Shown piece after piece: positions 35,371 to 43,901 of a stretch of 64,000 nucleotides of DNA. Position 1 is the first letter of the stretch; each line of letters begins with the position of its first letter. The notes under the pieces are model-generated. The model was given only the letters and a program-made list of their open reading frames with translations, was not told where the DNA came from and did no database searches. The translations under genes were made by a program, and so were the position numbers. The stretch is from Holophagae bacterium (GTDB taxonomy: Bacteria > Acidobacteriota > Thermoanaerobaculia > Thermoanaerobaculales > Sulfomarinibacteraceae), in contig PQAJ01000177.1 of assembly GCA_003105185.1 (NCBI GenBank), forward strand, positions 14,848 through 78,847. Direction: 5' to 3'.

Positions 35371-38262
35371 TCAGTGGGTGATGGCCGGCGCCATCTCGTT
35401 CGCGGCCGCGACCCACGCCTGGACTACCGGGGCGGCGGGCGCCAGTGAGCCGCCAACCTCGGAGAGCTTTGCATGGAGGTTCTCCGGGTTGCGGGTGGCA
35501 AGCTCCTTCACCGTGTCCACCCCTGCGTTCTCAAGGAGGTCGGCCAGGGCCGCAGTGACGCCGGGCACGCGCATGAGGTCGGCGCGGTTGGCCCATTCGA
35601 GCAACTGAGAGGCATCGATACCGGTCTGTGCCGAGAGCGCCTTTCGTCCCTCAACCGGGCCTGCGGCATCGAGGAACTCGTCGAGCCAGGTGATGCCGGC
35701 GGCGTTCAAAACCGCCTTCTCCGGGTCGTTGACGCCGACGATGGCTTCGACGGGGATGCGGCCACCAGCCGCTGCCGCCGAAGCTGCGACGGGCTGGATT
35801 GCCTGCGCCGGCTGGGCGCCGCGCACGGCCGAAAGCTCGACACCGGGGACTTGGCCGTTCCCGAAGAACCCGGCGACCGCGCCGCCCTGGAGCAGGCTCG
35901 AAACGTAGACGTGGCCCGCGGGCACGCGCTCGGTCACAGTTGCCTTTGCGGCCAGCGCTACCCCGCCGGCGGCGATCCGGACCTCGTCGCCGGAGCTGAT
36001 ACCCATGGCGGCGGCGTCCTGCTCGCTGACCTGGATGCGGTCGTAGCGGTGGAGCTTCTCGGCCTCCGGGTGGCGGATGGAGGCCGCGTCGAGCGCGGTG
36101 TAGAGGTCGCGCGAGGCGATCACGCGCAGTCCGTTCGCGGCGGATGGCGCCTCGACCGGCACCGCGGCCGACTTCGGGGAGGCGGGCACCTCAAGGCGCA
36201 CGCCTTCGCCCACGATGAGGTCCCATGCGGGCTCGTATGCCTTGTTCGCTTTCGCGATCTCGCCCAGGGCTGCGTCCGGCGACGCCGGCACATCGACGCC
36301 CAGTTCGCGCGCCAGTGCGGCGAGCGCTTCGAACAGCGTGGTTGCGTCGCCTTCGGGCTCGATGGCGGCGGCAAGGCGCTGCACGCGGAAGTCGCCCTGC
36401 GTGTAGGTGCCGTTCGAGGCATAGGCGCGGCCCTCGGCGATCACGGCCGTGGCTCGTTTCGCCGTCTCGTGGAGCACGTTGTCGATGACGACAACGGCGT
36501 CCATGCCCGCCAGCGCGCCTGCCGCTCCGGGAAGGCGCATCGTGGGGTCGTCACGGATGACGAGCACGCCGGTGGCGCCGGCGAGCGGGTTGTCCGAGCC
36601 TTCCGCGGCGATGCCCTGGTCGAGGAGGCCGTGGACGTTCACTTCCGGCGGGAGCACGACCAGGTTCTTGCTGGCATCGCTGCCGAAGAGCGAGATGGCG
36701 AGGTTCGCCGCGCCACCGGCCATCGTGCCCGCGATGGCGGCGCTGACCGGGTTGGGCGCGCAGATGATGAGGGTCTCGTCTTTCGGCGCCTCGTGGAGGA
36801 TCTCGGCGGCTCGGGCGATGTCATCGTTGGCTGGATGGCCCCCGTTGACCGCATCGGCAATCTGCGCGGCGGCGAGGCCCTCCTCGCCGGCGTTGGTCTG
36901 CACCCAGAGCGCTGCGAAGTCGACCAGCTCGCTTCGCAGCGGTCCGATGACGATGAGCTTCGCCTTGTGGTGTACCACCGCGTCCTTGACGCGGACGCTG
37001 GCGACGTTGTGGCTTTCTTCGAGGTCGTCGGCGACCACGACGATGGCCTTCGACGACTTGATGCGGGTCATGTCGGCAGCCATACGCCAGGTGCCCAGGC
37101 GGGCTTCGAGCGCCTGCTTTGTGGCCCGGATGACCGGGCCGAGCGAGCTATCGGCGCTTGTCTTGAATGCCGAGCGCGCGATCGCCTGGGCGAGGAGCGC
37201 TTCTTCGTTGGTGATGGTGCCCCCGGCGATGACGGCCACGCGGCCCTTCGCGGCAGCAGCCTTGAGCGCCTTCACAGCTTCGGCGATTGCGTCGGGCATG
37301 CTGGCCGGGGCCTGGATGTTGCCGCGACGGACCAGGTGCTTGCCCAGGCGTTCGCGCGGCTTGAGCGAGTCGTAGTGGTAGCGCCCGCGGACGCAGATCT
37401 GGTCTTCACTGACGGGGTTCCCCTCGCCGGGCCGGACGATGACGCCGCGGCCGTCCTTGGCGCCCAGGCGGATGCTGCAGCCGATGGCACAGGAGTCGCA
37501 GGTGGTGGTGGTCCAGGCTTCGGGCTTGGCGACCCACTTGTTCGGATGCTCCATCAGCGTGGCCGTCGGGCAGACGTCGATGCAGGCGCCGGAGAAGTCG
37601 CAGTTGCTTTCGTGGATGGGACCGCCGGCGCCGAAGGCGATCATGGTGTCCCAGCCGCGGCCGCTGAGGGTGATGGCGCCGGTGTGGCGCTTTTCGTCGC
37701 AGGCGCGGACGCAGCGGGTGCAGATGATGCACATCTGCGGGTCGAACTCCATGTAGGGGTTCGCGCGGTCGGCCGGAGGATGCTGGGTCTGGTACCAGGA
37801 GCGTTCTTCGCCGACCCATGGCTCGTACCCGGAGGAGCCGACCATCTCGCAGGTGGCCTGGAGTTCGCAGCGGTAGTTCTTCGAACAGGTGAGGCAGCGG
37901 TGGGTCACCACGTCGTCGCGCAGGCAGATGTCGCCGGGGTGGCAGTGCTCGCGGCGGTGGCAGGTGAGGCAGCGGTCGCTGTGGTTGGCGAGGATGATGG
38001 AGAGCACCGACTTGCGCGCTTCCTTCACCTCGTCGGTGTCGGTGTGGACGACCATGTTCTCCTGGACGACGGCGGTGCAGGAGAGCTGCAGGGCGGGAGG
38101 CCCTTCGATGCGGACAAGGCAGGAGCGGCAGCCGGCGTACGGTTTCAGCCCGTCGATGTAACAGAGGCTGGAGACGTAAAACCCGTTGTCCTTGAGGACT
38201 TCGACAAGGGGCGCGCCAGCGGGCGCGTCGAGGACCTGGCCGTCAACCGTGATGGAAACCAT
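35371..38262 (-). CDS. nuoG: NuoG-like (NADH-quinone oxidoreductase 75-kDa / molybdopterin-oxidoreductase fold) protein with C-terminal DUF4332-like HhH extension
   Basis: 963 aa with an N-terminal 2Fe-2S ferredoxin fold (SLCYIDGLKPYAGCRSCLV), Fe-S motifs (CIICTRCVRAC, CDFSGACIDVCPT, CDSCAIGCSI) and a molybdopterin-oxidoreductase-like body. The last ~130 aa include DLMRVPGVTAALADLLENAGVDTVKELATRNPENLHAKL. Confidence 0.8.
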   Translation of the reverse strand: MVSITVDGQVLDAPAGAPLVEVLKDNGFYVSSLCYIDGLKPYAGCRSCLVRIEGPPALQLSCTAVVQENMVVHTDTDEVKEARKSVLSIILANHSDRCLTCHRREHCHPGDICLRDDVVTHRCLTCSKNYRCELQATCEMVGSSGYEPWVGEERSWYQTQHPPADRANPYMEFDPQMCIICTRCVRACDEKRHTGAITLSGRGWDTMIAFGAGGPIHESNCDFSGACIDVCPTATLMEHPNKWVAKPEAWTTTTCDSCAIGCSIRLGAKDGRGVIVRPGEGNPVSEDQICVRGRYHYDSLKPRERLGKHLVRRGNIQAPASMPDAIAEAVKALKAAAAKGRVAVIAGGTITNEEALLAQAIARSAFKTSADSSLGPVIRATKQALEARLGTWRMAADMTRIKSSKAIVVVADDLEESHNVASVRVKDAVVHHKAKLIVIGPLRSELVDFAALWVQTNAGEEGLAAAQIADAVNGGHPANDDIARAAEILHEAPKDETLIICAPNPVSAAIAGTMAGGAANLAISLFGSDASKNLVVLPPEVNVHGLLDQGIAAEGSDNPLAGATGVLVIRDDPTMRLPGAAGALAGMDAVVVIDNVLHETAKRATAVIAEGRAYASNGTYTQGDFRVQRLAAAIEPEGDATTLFEALAALARELGVDVPASPDAALGEIAKANKAYEPAWDLIVGEGVRLEVPASPKSAAVPVEAPSAANGLRVIASRDLYTALDAASIRHPEAEKLHRYDRIQVSEQDAAAMGISSGDEVRIAAGGVALAAKATVTERVPAGHVYVSSLLQGGAVAGFFGNGQVPGVELSAVRGAQPAQAIQPVAASAAAAGGRIPVEAIVGVNDPEKAVLNAAGITWLDEFLDAAGPVEGRKALSAQTGIDASQLLEWANRADLMRVPGVTAALADLLENAGVDTVKELATRNPENLHAKLSEVGGSLAPAAPVVQAWVAAANEMAPAITH

Positions 38263-38271
38263 GTATGCCTG

Positions 38272-38745
38272 CTACAACCGGTGGAAGTCGGTGCCGGGTT
38301 GCGGAGCCGACATACCGTTGGGATAGGTGTTGTTGTTCCCTTTCAGGAACTGTTCGGCGAAGCGCGTGAGCGCGTGCTTGTCGCGGTACATCTCATCGAA
38401 CTGGTAGACGGCGTCGTCCATGGGGCCGCCGGGCTGGATCGCCTCGTAGGGGCAGGCCTCGGTGCAGAGCCCGCAGTACATGCAGATGCGGAAGTCGATC
38501 TCGTAACGGTCGATGTTGCGGCGGCCTTCGGCGTCCTGGCTGGTGGCGACCAGGATGCAGCCATCGGGGCAGGCCTGGGCGCAGGTCGAGCAGCCGGTGC
38601 AACGCTCTTCGAACCAGAGCAGGTTCGTGCGCGCGTAGACGGGGACGGGACGGACTTCTTCGGGGTAGTTAATGGTCGCGACGGGCTTGAACATGCTCCT
38701 GAGCGTGAGGCTCATGCCTTTTGCGATGCCACTGCCGTACGCCAT
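38272..38745 (-). CDS. nuoI: NADH-quinone oxidoreductase subunit I (2x[4Fe-4S])
   Basis: 157 aa with ATINYPEE, CTGCSTCAQACP and CMYCGLCTEACP. It lies 10 nt upstream of nuoG. Confidence 0.85.
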   Translation of the reverse strand: MAYGSGIAKGMSLTLRSMFKPVATINYPEEVRPVPVYARTNLLWFEERCTGCSTCAQACPDGCILVATSQDAEGRRNIDRYEIDFRICMYCGLCTEACPYEAIQPGGPMDDAVYQFDEMYRDKHALTRFAEQFLKGNNNTYPNGMSAPQPGTDFHRL

Positions 38746-38834
38746 TGCGCCCCCATTTCACGGCGGGCGATACGGCGCCCGATCCGGCGAGAAGAGTCTA
38801 GCAAGGGGCGATTGTGATTACAAACACAAGAGGG

Positions 38835-38862
38835 GAGGAGCGAGGAGGGAGGAGCGAGGAGT
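38835..38862. repeat. heptamer tandem array (c), GAGGAGC type
   Basis: gaggagc gaggagG gaggagc gaggagT, about 90 nt upstream of the nuoI start in the nuoI / lipoprotein-gene spacer. Confidence 0.75.
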
Positions 38863-38964
38863 CCCCACCCCCACGGCTGGAGCACGCTGACCGATTTTCG
38901 GAGGTCCTGGCAGTTCGCCCCGGTTAGGTACCGAACGCGCCTTGCGAGTTGCGCGTCCGAAAGC

Positions 38965-39651
38965 CTACCTGCCGGGGACGACCATGCCCCGTGCGCGGGC
39001 CGCCTCGCGGAGGGCCCCGTGGAACTCGTCGAGCGACATGCCATCACCGAAAGACAGGGCGCTGAGGACCGGATGGCCCTCCTTCTCGTCGCCGAGGAAT
39101 GCGTACGCCAGCAGGCCGTTGCGTTCGACGAATCTCCCGTAGTCGCCGAAGAGCGCAACGGTGATCGATGGGTTACCGTCCCAGGGGTGTGCGATCAGCG
39201 TGATCTCCTGCCCGAACACCGGGCGCGCTACCCCATACCCCAACCCGCGATCATCCCGCAGGTCGCCGGCCTGGGCCACCGTTAGCTCCATTGGCCCTTG
39301 CCCCACGATGTATTCGGTCACCACGAACCTCATGAGCGTGTAGGGCGAGCCCGCCTCGGCAGTCGTGCCGAACAGTTCGGCTTGTTCGGTGGGGACAGGC
39401 CGGGGATCGCGGCGAACCTCCAGCACCTCCGCGTAATGGCCCCGGACCACGATCGACATGCGCGAGGTGATGTCGTCGAGAGTGCCCGGCGGGGGCGCCA
39501 GCACGCCAAACTCGTTTCCTTCCGCAAGTGGCGACGTGGCTGGCTGTGGAGCGTCATCGTTCGTGCGGCATCCCACGAGCACGAGGGCGGCTGCCGTCGT
39601 GGCGCCGGCGAGAGGGAGGAGGCGGGAGGCGAGCCTCAGGCTGTTGTGCAC
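38965..39651 (-). CDS. lipoprotein, unknown function
   Basis: 228 aa with lipobox-like AAALVLVGCRT. I recognise no family. Confidence 0.5.
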   Translation of the reverse strand: MHNSLRLASRLLPLAGATTAAALVLVGCRTNDDAPQPATSPLAEGNEFGVLAPPPGTLDDITSRMSIVVRGHYAEVLEVRRDPRPVPTEQAELFGTTAEAGSPYTLMRFVVTEYIVGQGPMELTVAQAGDLRDDRGLGYGVARPVFGQEITLIAHPWDGNPSITVALFGDYGRFVERNGLLAYAFLGDEKEGHPVLSALSFGDGMSLDEFHGALREAARARGMVVPGR

Positions 39652-39681
39652 TTGCCGCCCTCCTGCCCGGCGCGGCCCCCG

Positions 39682-40116
39682 CTAAGGATTCCGCCGAATC
39701 CAGACGCGGCGGATCATCACCGTCTCGCTGACCGCGGCGGCGTCGCCGTAGGGGTCGGGCGTGGCCGATTGGACCACCGGGGCGGTCTCGGCGGCCGGCT
39801 TCACCTTTTCGCGGCGGCCCGGCTTCGGGCGGACGGCACTGACGGCCTGGCGGGTGGCCTGGCGGGCAAGGTACTTGCCGGTCAGGCCAACGCCGATCTG
39901 GAGGGCGGTGCCGATAGCGACCGCGGTCGCGGCCTTCCTCACCGGGGCCGGAAGTTGGGCGCGCTGGCGTTCGACGCGGGCCGGTGGTGTGGCAGCCGAG
40001 GCGATGATGGCGGTATCCCGCAGGGCGGCGAGGTACATCCCGCACTGGCGGCAGTAGTTGTCGGCGGGCTCGAAGCTCGCGGCGCAGTCGGGGCAGGTGC
40101 GGGGTGCGTCGATCAT
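39682..40116 (-). CDS. zinc-ribbon domain protein with one hydrophobic segment
   Basis: ATG at 40116. MIDAPRTCPDCAASFEPADNYCRQCG (CxxC-x12-CxxC), then AATAVAIGTALQIGVGLTG. It starts 8 nt after the upstream gene. Confidence 0.55.
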   Translation of the reverse strand: MIDAPRTCPDCAASFEPADNYCRQCGMYLAALRDTAIIASAATPPARVERQRAQLPAPVRKAATAVAIGTALQIGVGLTGKYLARQATRQAVSAVRPKPGRREKVKPAAETAPVVQSATPDPYGDAAAVSETVMIRRVWIRRNP

Positions 40117-40124
40117 GCGGGCGA

Positions 40125-40964
40125 TTATACGGATCGTGTCGAGCGCGGCACCGCCGCTTCCACCGCTTCGGTTAAGTCGACCGGTTCGAGCGGCGGTACC
40201 ACGAGACTCCCGGTGGCCACCGCCCGCAGCGTTTCGACCATGAACGGGCGTTCGCGGGCGACGCCGCGCGCCCGGATGTCGGCGTAGAGCGGCATTGCCA
40301 TGATCTCGTTCAGGCTGGCCGCGCCGATCCCGCTGGCGGAGAGCGCTTCCCATGCCGGCTCGTTTGCCGCATCTCGGATCGGGAAGCGGCAGTAGCTGAC
40401 GGCCGGGCCGCGGTCCACGTCGCCGGTCACCAGGTTCACCATGCAGCCCGACTCCAGCGCCCGCGTGCGCATCAGCTCGGCGATGACCTCCTGGTAGGTG
40501 CCGATCGGGCCATCCGGCAGCGCGGGGTGGTCGTTGATAAAGGTGAACTTCGAGTAGAGCGGTTCGGTGGCGATGAGCATGTAGCCGAACATCACACCGA
40601 GCGTGAAGTCGTAACCGGAAAGGGTGCGGGTCACTTCGGCGTCGTAGTCGAAGCGCCAGGGTTGGAGCGGCTCGCCGGGCTTGCCGATCTTGCCGCCGCG
40701 CGCCTTGCGGAACGCCACCGATGACATCGTCTCGACGCGGATGGCGTTGGCGTCGAGCATCTCGATGAGCCGGTCGGTGGGCTCGGCCTCGCCGCGGTCG
40801 CGGTTGATGAAGACGACGGCGATCTCGACCGGCAGCCCACCCTCGATGGCCTCGAGCAAGTACTCGAGCGCCCCGTACGACCCGGGGCCGCGGCCGGTGG
40901 TGAGCCACGCGATGCGAAGCGACGGCGTCACCGGCGGCCACACGACAAGGAAACACAGGGGCAT
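40125..40964 (-). CDS. formyltransferase-fold protein (PurN-like)
   Basis: 279 aa. INDHPALPDG and GDVDRGP resemble the PurN N-H-D catalytic triad contexts. Substrate unknown. Confidence 0.5.
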   Translation of the reverse strand: MPLCFLVVWPPVTPSLRIAWLTTGRGPGSYGALEYLLEAIEGGLPVEIAVVFINRDRGEAEPTDRLIEMLDANAIRVETMSSVAFRKARGGKIGKPGEPLQPWRFDYDAEVTRTLSGYDFTLGVMFGYMLIATEPLYSKFTFINDHPALPDGPIGTYQEVIAELMRTRALESGCMVNLVTGDVDRGPAVSYCRFPIRDAANEPAWEALSASGIGAASLNEIMAMPLYADIRARGVARERPFMVETLRAVATGSLVVPPLEPVDLTEAVEAAVPRSTRSV

Positions 40965-40986
40965 AGAGGCGCGGAGGAGATTGTGA

Positions 40987-41021
40987 ATTTCCGATCTCCG
41001 ATTTCGGATTTCCGATTGCAG
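40987..41021. repeat. heptamer tandem array (d), ATTTCCG (= AATCGGA on minus) type
   Basis: atttccg atCtccg atttcGg atttccg attGcAg. It ends 22 nt upstream of the ATG at 40964. Confidence 0.8.
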
Positions 41022-41122
41022 AGGTGGCCGGGGGAGGTGAAGGGGCGTGTCCCGTGGTCCGCCCGAGTGCCGCTCCCTGCCGGTCGCGGCTCTGAGGATC
41101 CTCGGAACGTCGGCACCGCAAA

Positions 41123-41157
41123 GAATCGTGAATCGTGAGTCGTGAATCGTGAATCGG
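41123..41157. repeat. heptamer tandem array (e), GAATCGT (AATCGTG) type
   Basis: gaatcgt gaatcgt gaGtcgt gaatcgt gaatcgG, 24 nt downstream of the xseB stop. Its AATCG core is on the opposite strand to that of array (d). Confidence 0.85.
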
Positions 41158-41180
41158 CCCGGCGCATCGGGGCCTCTCGG

Positions 41181-41432
41181 TCAGTCGCGGTCATCGGCGT
41201 CGTACTCGGCTTCGACTTCGTGGAGCTGCATTTCATCCTCGTCCAGCCGGGACTGGAGCGTCTTTACCTGGAGCTCGGCCTTTTCGAGGATGGCCCTGAG
41301 CTGGTCGACGAGCTTCGCCCCGTCTTCGTACAGGCGCAGCGATTCCTCGAGCGGGAGGTTTCCCTGTTCGAGGCGGCGCGCCTTCTCTTCCAGCGCGGCG
41401 TAGAGCGATTCGAAGGTCGGTTCAGAGGCCAT
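41181..41432 (-). CDS. xseB: exodeoxyribonuclease VII small subunit
   Basis: 83 aa with FESLYAALEEKARRLEQGNLPLEESLRLYEDGAKLVDQLRAIL. It overlaps the xseA stop. Confidence 0.85.
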   Translation of the reverse strand: MASEPTFESLYAALEEKARRLEQGNLPLEESLRLYEDGAKLVDQLRAILEKAELQVKTLQSRLDEDEMQLHEVEAEYDADDRD

Positions 41433-42622
41433 CAGCTTACCTCCGCCCAGAATGCGCCATCGGCCACCGATACGGAAAGCCGGTCGCCCGGTTTCACCTT
41501 GCGCGTGCTGTTCACGACGGGCTTCCTGGCCGTCCCTTCCTTCTGGACGATGGCGAAGCCGCGGGCGAGCGTGGCCATCGGGTCGAGTGCGGCAAGCCGT
41601 CCGGCGACCTGCTCGAACCGCGCGCGGTCGGCGGCGCAGCGCCGGTCGAGCGACGATTCGAGCGTGCGCAGGAGCGTGTTCAGGTCACGAGTCATGGCTG
41701 CCGGGTCCGGCGCGGCGCGCTGAAGCCGCCGCAGGGTGCCCTCCACATCCGCGGCGGTCTCACCGATGGTGCCTCGCACGGCCGAGGCCATCGCCCGGTC
41801 GAAGACCCGGAGGGTGCGGTCGAGCTGGGCGACGTCCGGGGCGCACCGTTCGGCGGCTGCGCTGGGCGTGGGCGCGCGGAGGTCGGCCACCAGGTCGGCG
41901 ATGGTCACGTCAGTCTCGTGCCCGACGCCGGAGACGACCGGGACGGGGAAGGCAAAGATCGCACGGGCGACGCGCTCATCGTTGAAGGCCGAGAGGTCCT
42001 CGGCGGCGCCACCGCCGCGGGCGACGATGCAGAGGTCGAGCCCGGGCTCGTGGGCGAGACGCCGTAGCGCGGCGGCGACCTGCCCGGCGGCCTGCTCGCC
42101 CTGGACGAGCGCCGGCGCCAGCAGGACGGTGGCGAGCGGCCAGCGCCGGGCAAGGACGTTCTTGATGTCCTGGAGGGCTGCCCCCGTGGGCGAGGTGACC
42201 AGGCCGATGCGCATCGGGAAGCGCGGAAGGGGGCGCTTGCGGGCGATTTCGAACAGGCCTTCGGCTTCCAGCCGGAGCCTGAGTTCCTCGAACTTCGCGG
42301 CCATGAGCCCGACGCCTTCGGGGCGCACGAAATCGCTCACGAACTGGAGCTCGCCGCGCTGGGGGTAGATCGTGATGCGCCCGTGGGCGAGGACGCGTTC
42401 GCCGTCCTTGAGTTGGAAGCCGGGCATGTTGTCGCGGAAGAGGACGGTGCGCAGCGCGGCGCCCGGGTCCTTCAGCGAGAAGTAGCGGTGACCGAGCTGG
42501 GAGCGGCTGTAGTTCGAGACCTCGCCCTGGATCCAGAGGTCGGAGAAGAACTCGTTCGCCTCCAGCACCTCGCGCAGGAAGGAGACGACAGCGGAGACGG
42601 AGAGGGCGGAGGGGCTGGTCAT
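41432..42622 (-). CDS. xseA: exodeoxyribonuclease VII large subunit
   Basis: ATG at 42622 (MTSPSALSVSAVVSFLREVLEANEFFSDLWIQGEVSNY: OB-fold N-terminus). RIGLVTSPTGAALQDI and IVARGGGAAEDL are present. Confidence 0.9.
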   Translation of the reverse strand: MTSPSALSVSAVVSFLREVLEANEFFSDLWIQGEVSNYSRSQLGHRYFSLKDPGAALRTVLFRDNMPGFQLKDGERVLAHGRITIYPQRGELQFVSDFVRPEGVGLMAAKFEELRLRLEAEGLFEIARKRPLPRFPMRIGLVTSPTGAALQDIKNVLARRWPLATVLLAPALVQGEQAAGQVAAALRRLAHEPGLDLCIVARGGGAAEDLSAFNDERVARAIFAFPVPVVSGVGHETDVTIADLVADLRAPTPSAAAERCAPDVAQLDRTLRVFDRAMASAVRGTIGETAADVEGTLRRLQRAAPDPAAMTRDLNTLLRTLESSLDRRCAADRARFEQVAGRLAALDPMATLARGFAIVQKEGTARKPVVNSTRKVKPGDRLSVSVADGAFWAEVS

Positions 42623-42671
42623 CGACCGGGACAGCGTAACCGAAGCCGCGCGGTTGAGGAGAGATGCATGG

Positions 42672-43037
42672 TCATTCTTCGAACCGGACCGCCAGTTCGC
42701 CGGCGACAGCAGCCAGGCGGCGATCCCGGGTCCACAAGCGCGCATCTTCTTCAAGCATCACCGATGCGAGGAGGTGGACATCGGTGTAGCCGATTCCCCT
42801 GCCCATGAGGGAACGCGCATCGATGAACGTGAGTACTTCTGCGTGGGTCGCGACCGGCGATGCTGGCAACTTCTGGAGAAGTGCCAGGACCGTGGTCCGG
42901 TTCTTCAGATTACCGCAGGCGAGTTCTCCCACCACGAACGGGTGCGTCACGACCAGACTGTGCTCGAGAGCCGACACAAGCAGGGCATCACCGGAGCGGA
43001 GGTGATCCACCCACACCGAGGTGTCTACGAGGATCAT
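42672..43037 (-). CDS. vapC: type II toxin VapC (PIN-domain ribonuclease)
   Basis: 121 aa starting MILVDTSVWVDHL, with an acidic residue pattern typical of PIN domains. It has a 4-nt overlap with the upstream antitoxin gene. Confidence 0.85.
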   Translation of the reverse strand: MILVDTSVWVDHLRSGDALLVSALEHSLVVTHPFVVGELACGNLKNRTTVLALLQKLPASPVATHAEVLTFIDARSLMGRGIGYTDVHLLASVMLEEDARLWTRDRRLAAVAGELAVRFEE

Positions 43038-43231
43038 TCCGCTTCCGGTCGTCTCCGCGGGATGTCGGCGAGCTGGGGCTCAGTGCCACCCAGCCGCGCG
43101 AGACGCCGCGCACTCTCTCGCTCGATCAAGGCGATCAGGCCGGCCCGGATCAGCGCCCCGCGCTCTTCCAGGCCGGTCAGGCTGCGCGCCCGGTCCAGGA
43201 GTTCGTCATCGAGAGTTACTGTTGTTCGCAT
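43034..43231 (-). CDS. vapB: type II antitoxin VapB (DUF2191-like)
   Basis: ATG at 43231. MRTTVTLDDELLDRARSLTGLEERGALIRAGLIALIE, 65 aa. Confidence 0.7.
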   Translation of the reverse strand: MRTTVTLDDELLDRARSLTGLEERGALIRAGLIALIERESARRLARLGGTEPQLADIPRRRPEAE

Positions 43232-43349
43232 AGGAGTTCCGAGCACATCATACCGCATCACACGATGCGCAAGATGATGCGGACGCGCGAAAGCCAACCC
43301 GGGCGGGGCCGCGTACGCGCAACGGCGGACATGTGCCAAACTGGCCCCC

Positions 43350-43847
43350 ATGTCCGAATCCAGCGCCATCGAACACGCCATCGAGGCAAACCGCCGCTTC
43401 GCCGAAGCGTTCGCCCCAACCGAAGCGGGCCAACCCGAGCTTGCTGTCATCCTCTGCATGGACGCCCGCATTGACCCGATCCGGGCGCTGGGGCTCCGCT
43501 ACGGCCACGCTCACATCATCCGGAACGCTGGCGGCCGAATGGCGGATGCCTTGCGGAGCCTGGCGATTAGCCAGCGCCTGGTCGGCACGCGCGAGGTCGC
43601 CGTCATCCACCATACCGAGTGCGCGATGATGACCTTCAGCGACGACGACATGCGCCAGCGGCTGCGCGATGAGGCCGGCTATATCGCCGACCACCTCGCG
43701 TTCCTTCCGTTCCGTGATGTCGAACAGTCCGTACGGGATGACCTGGAGGTCTACCGGTCGTCGCCGCTGGTACGGCAGGACGTGCTCTTGCGCGGTTTCG
43801 TCTACGACGTTGCCACGGGGCTGCTGCGGGAAGTGGAGGCGGACTGA
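43350..43847 (+). CDS. beta-class carbonic anhydrase
   Basis: 165 aa with CMDARIDP and HHTECAM zinc ligands, plus IIRNAGGR. Confidence 0.85.
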   Translation: MSESSAIEHAIEANRRFAEAFAPTEAGQPELAVILCMDARIDPIRALGLRYGHAHIIRNAGGRMADALRSLAISQRLVGTREVAVIHHTECAMMTFSDDDMRQRLRDEAGYIADHLAFLPFRDVEQSVRDDLEVYRSSPLVRQDVLLRGFVYDVATGLLREVEAD

Positions 43848-43901
43848 CGGGAGGCCTCGAAACAGGCGAAGGATTCGCCGGGTGTAGCTGTGGGCGGGGT
43901 T

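Noticed and set aside
39682-41121. 479-aa minus ORF covering the zinc-ribbon gene, the formyltransferase-like gene (in another frame) and heptamer array (d).
   Set aside because: This is a composite artefact. Only the last 144 aa (from ATG 40116) form a plausible protein. The IGNPKSEIGN peptide in it is just the translated array.
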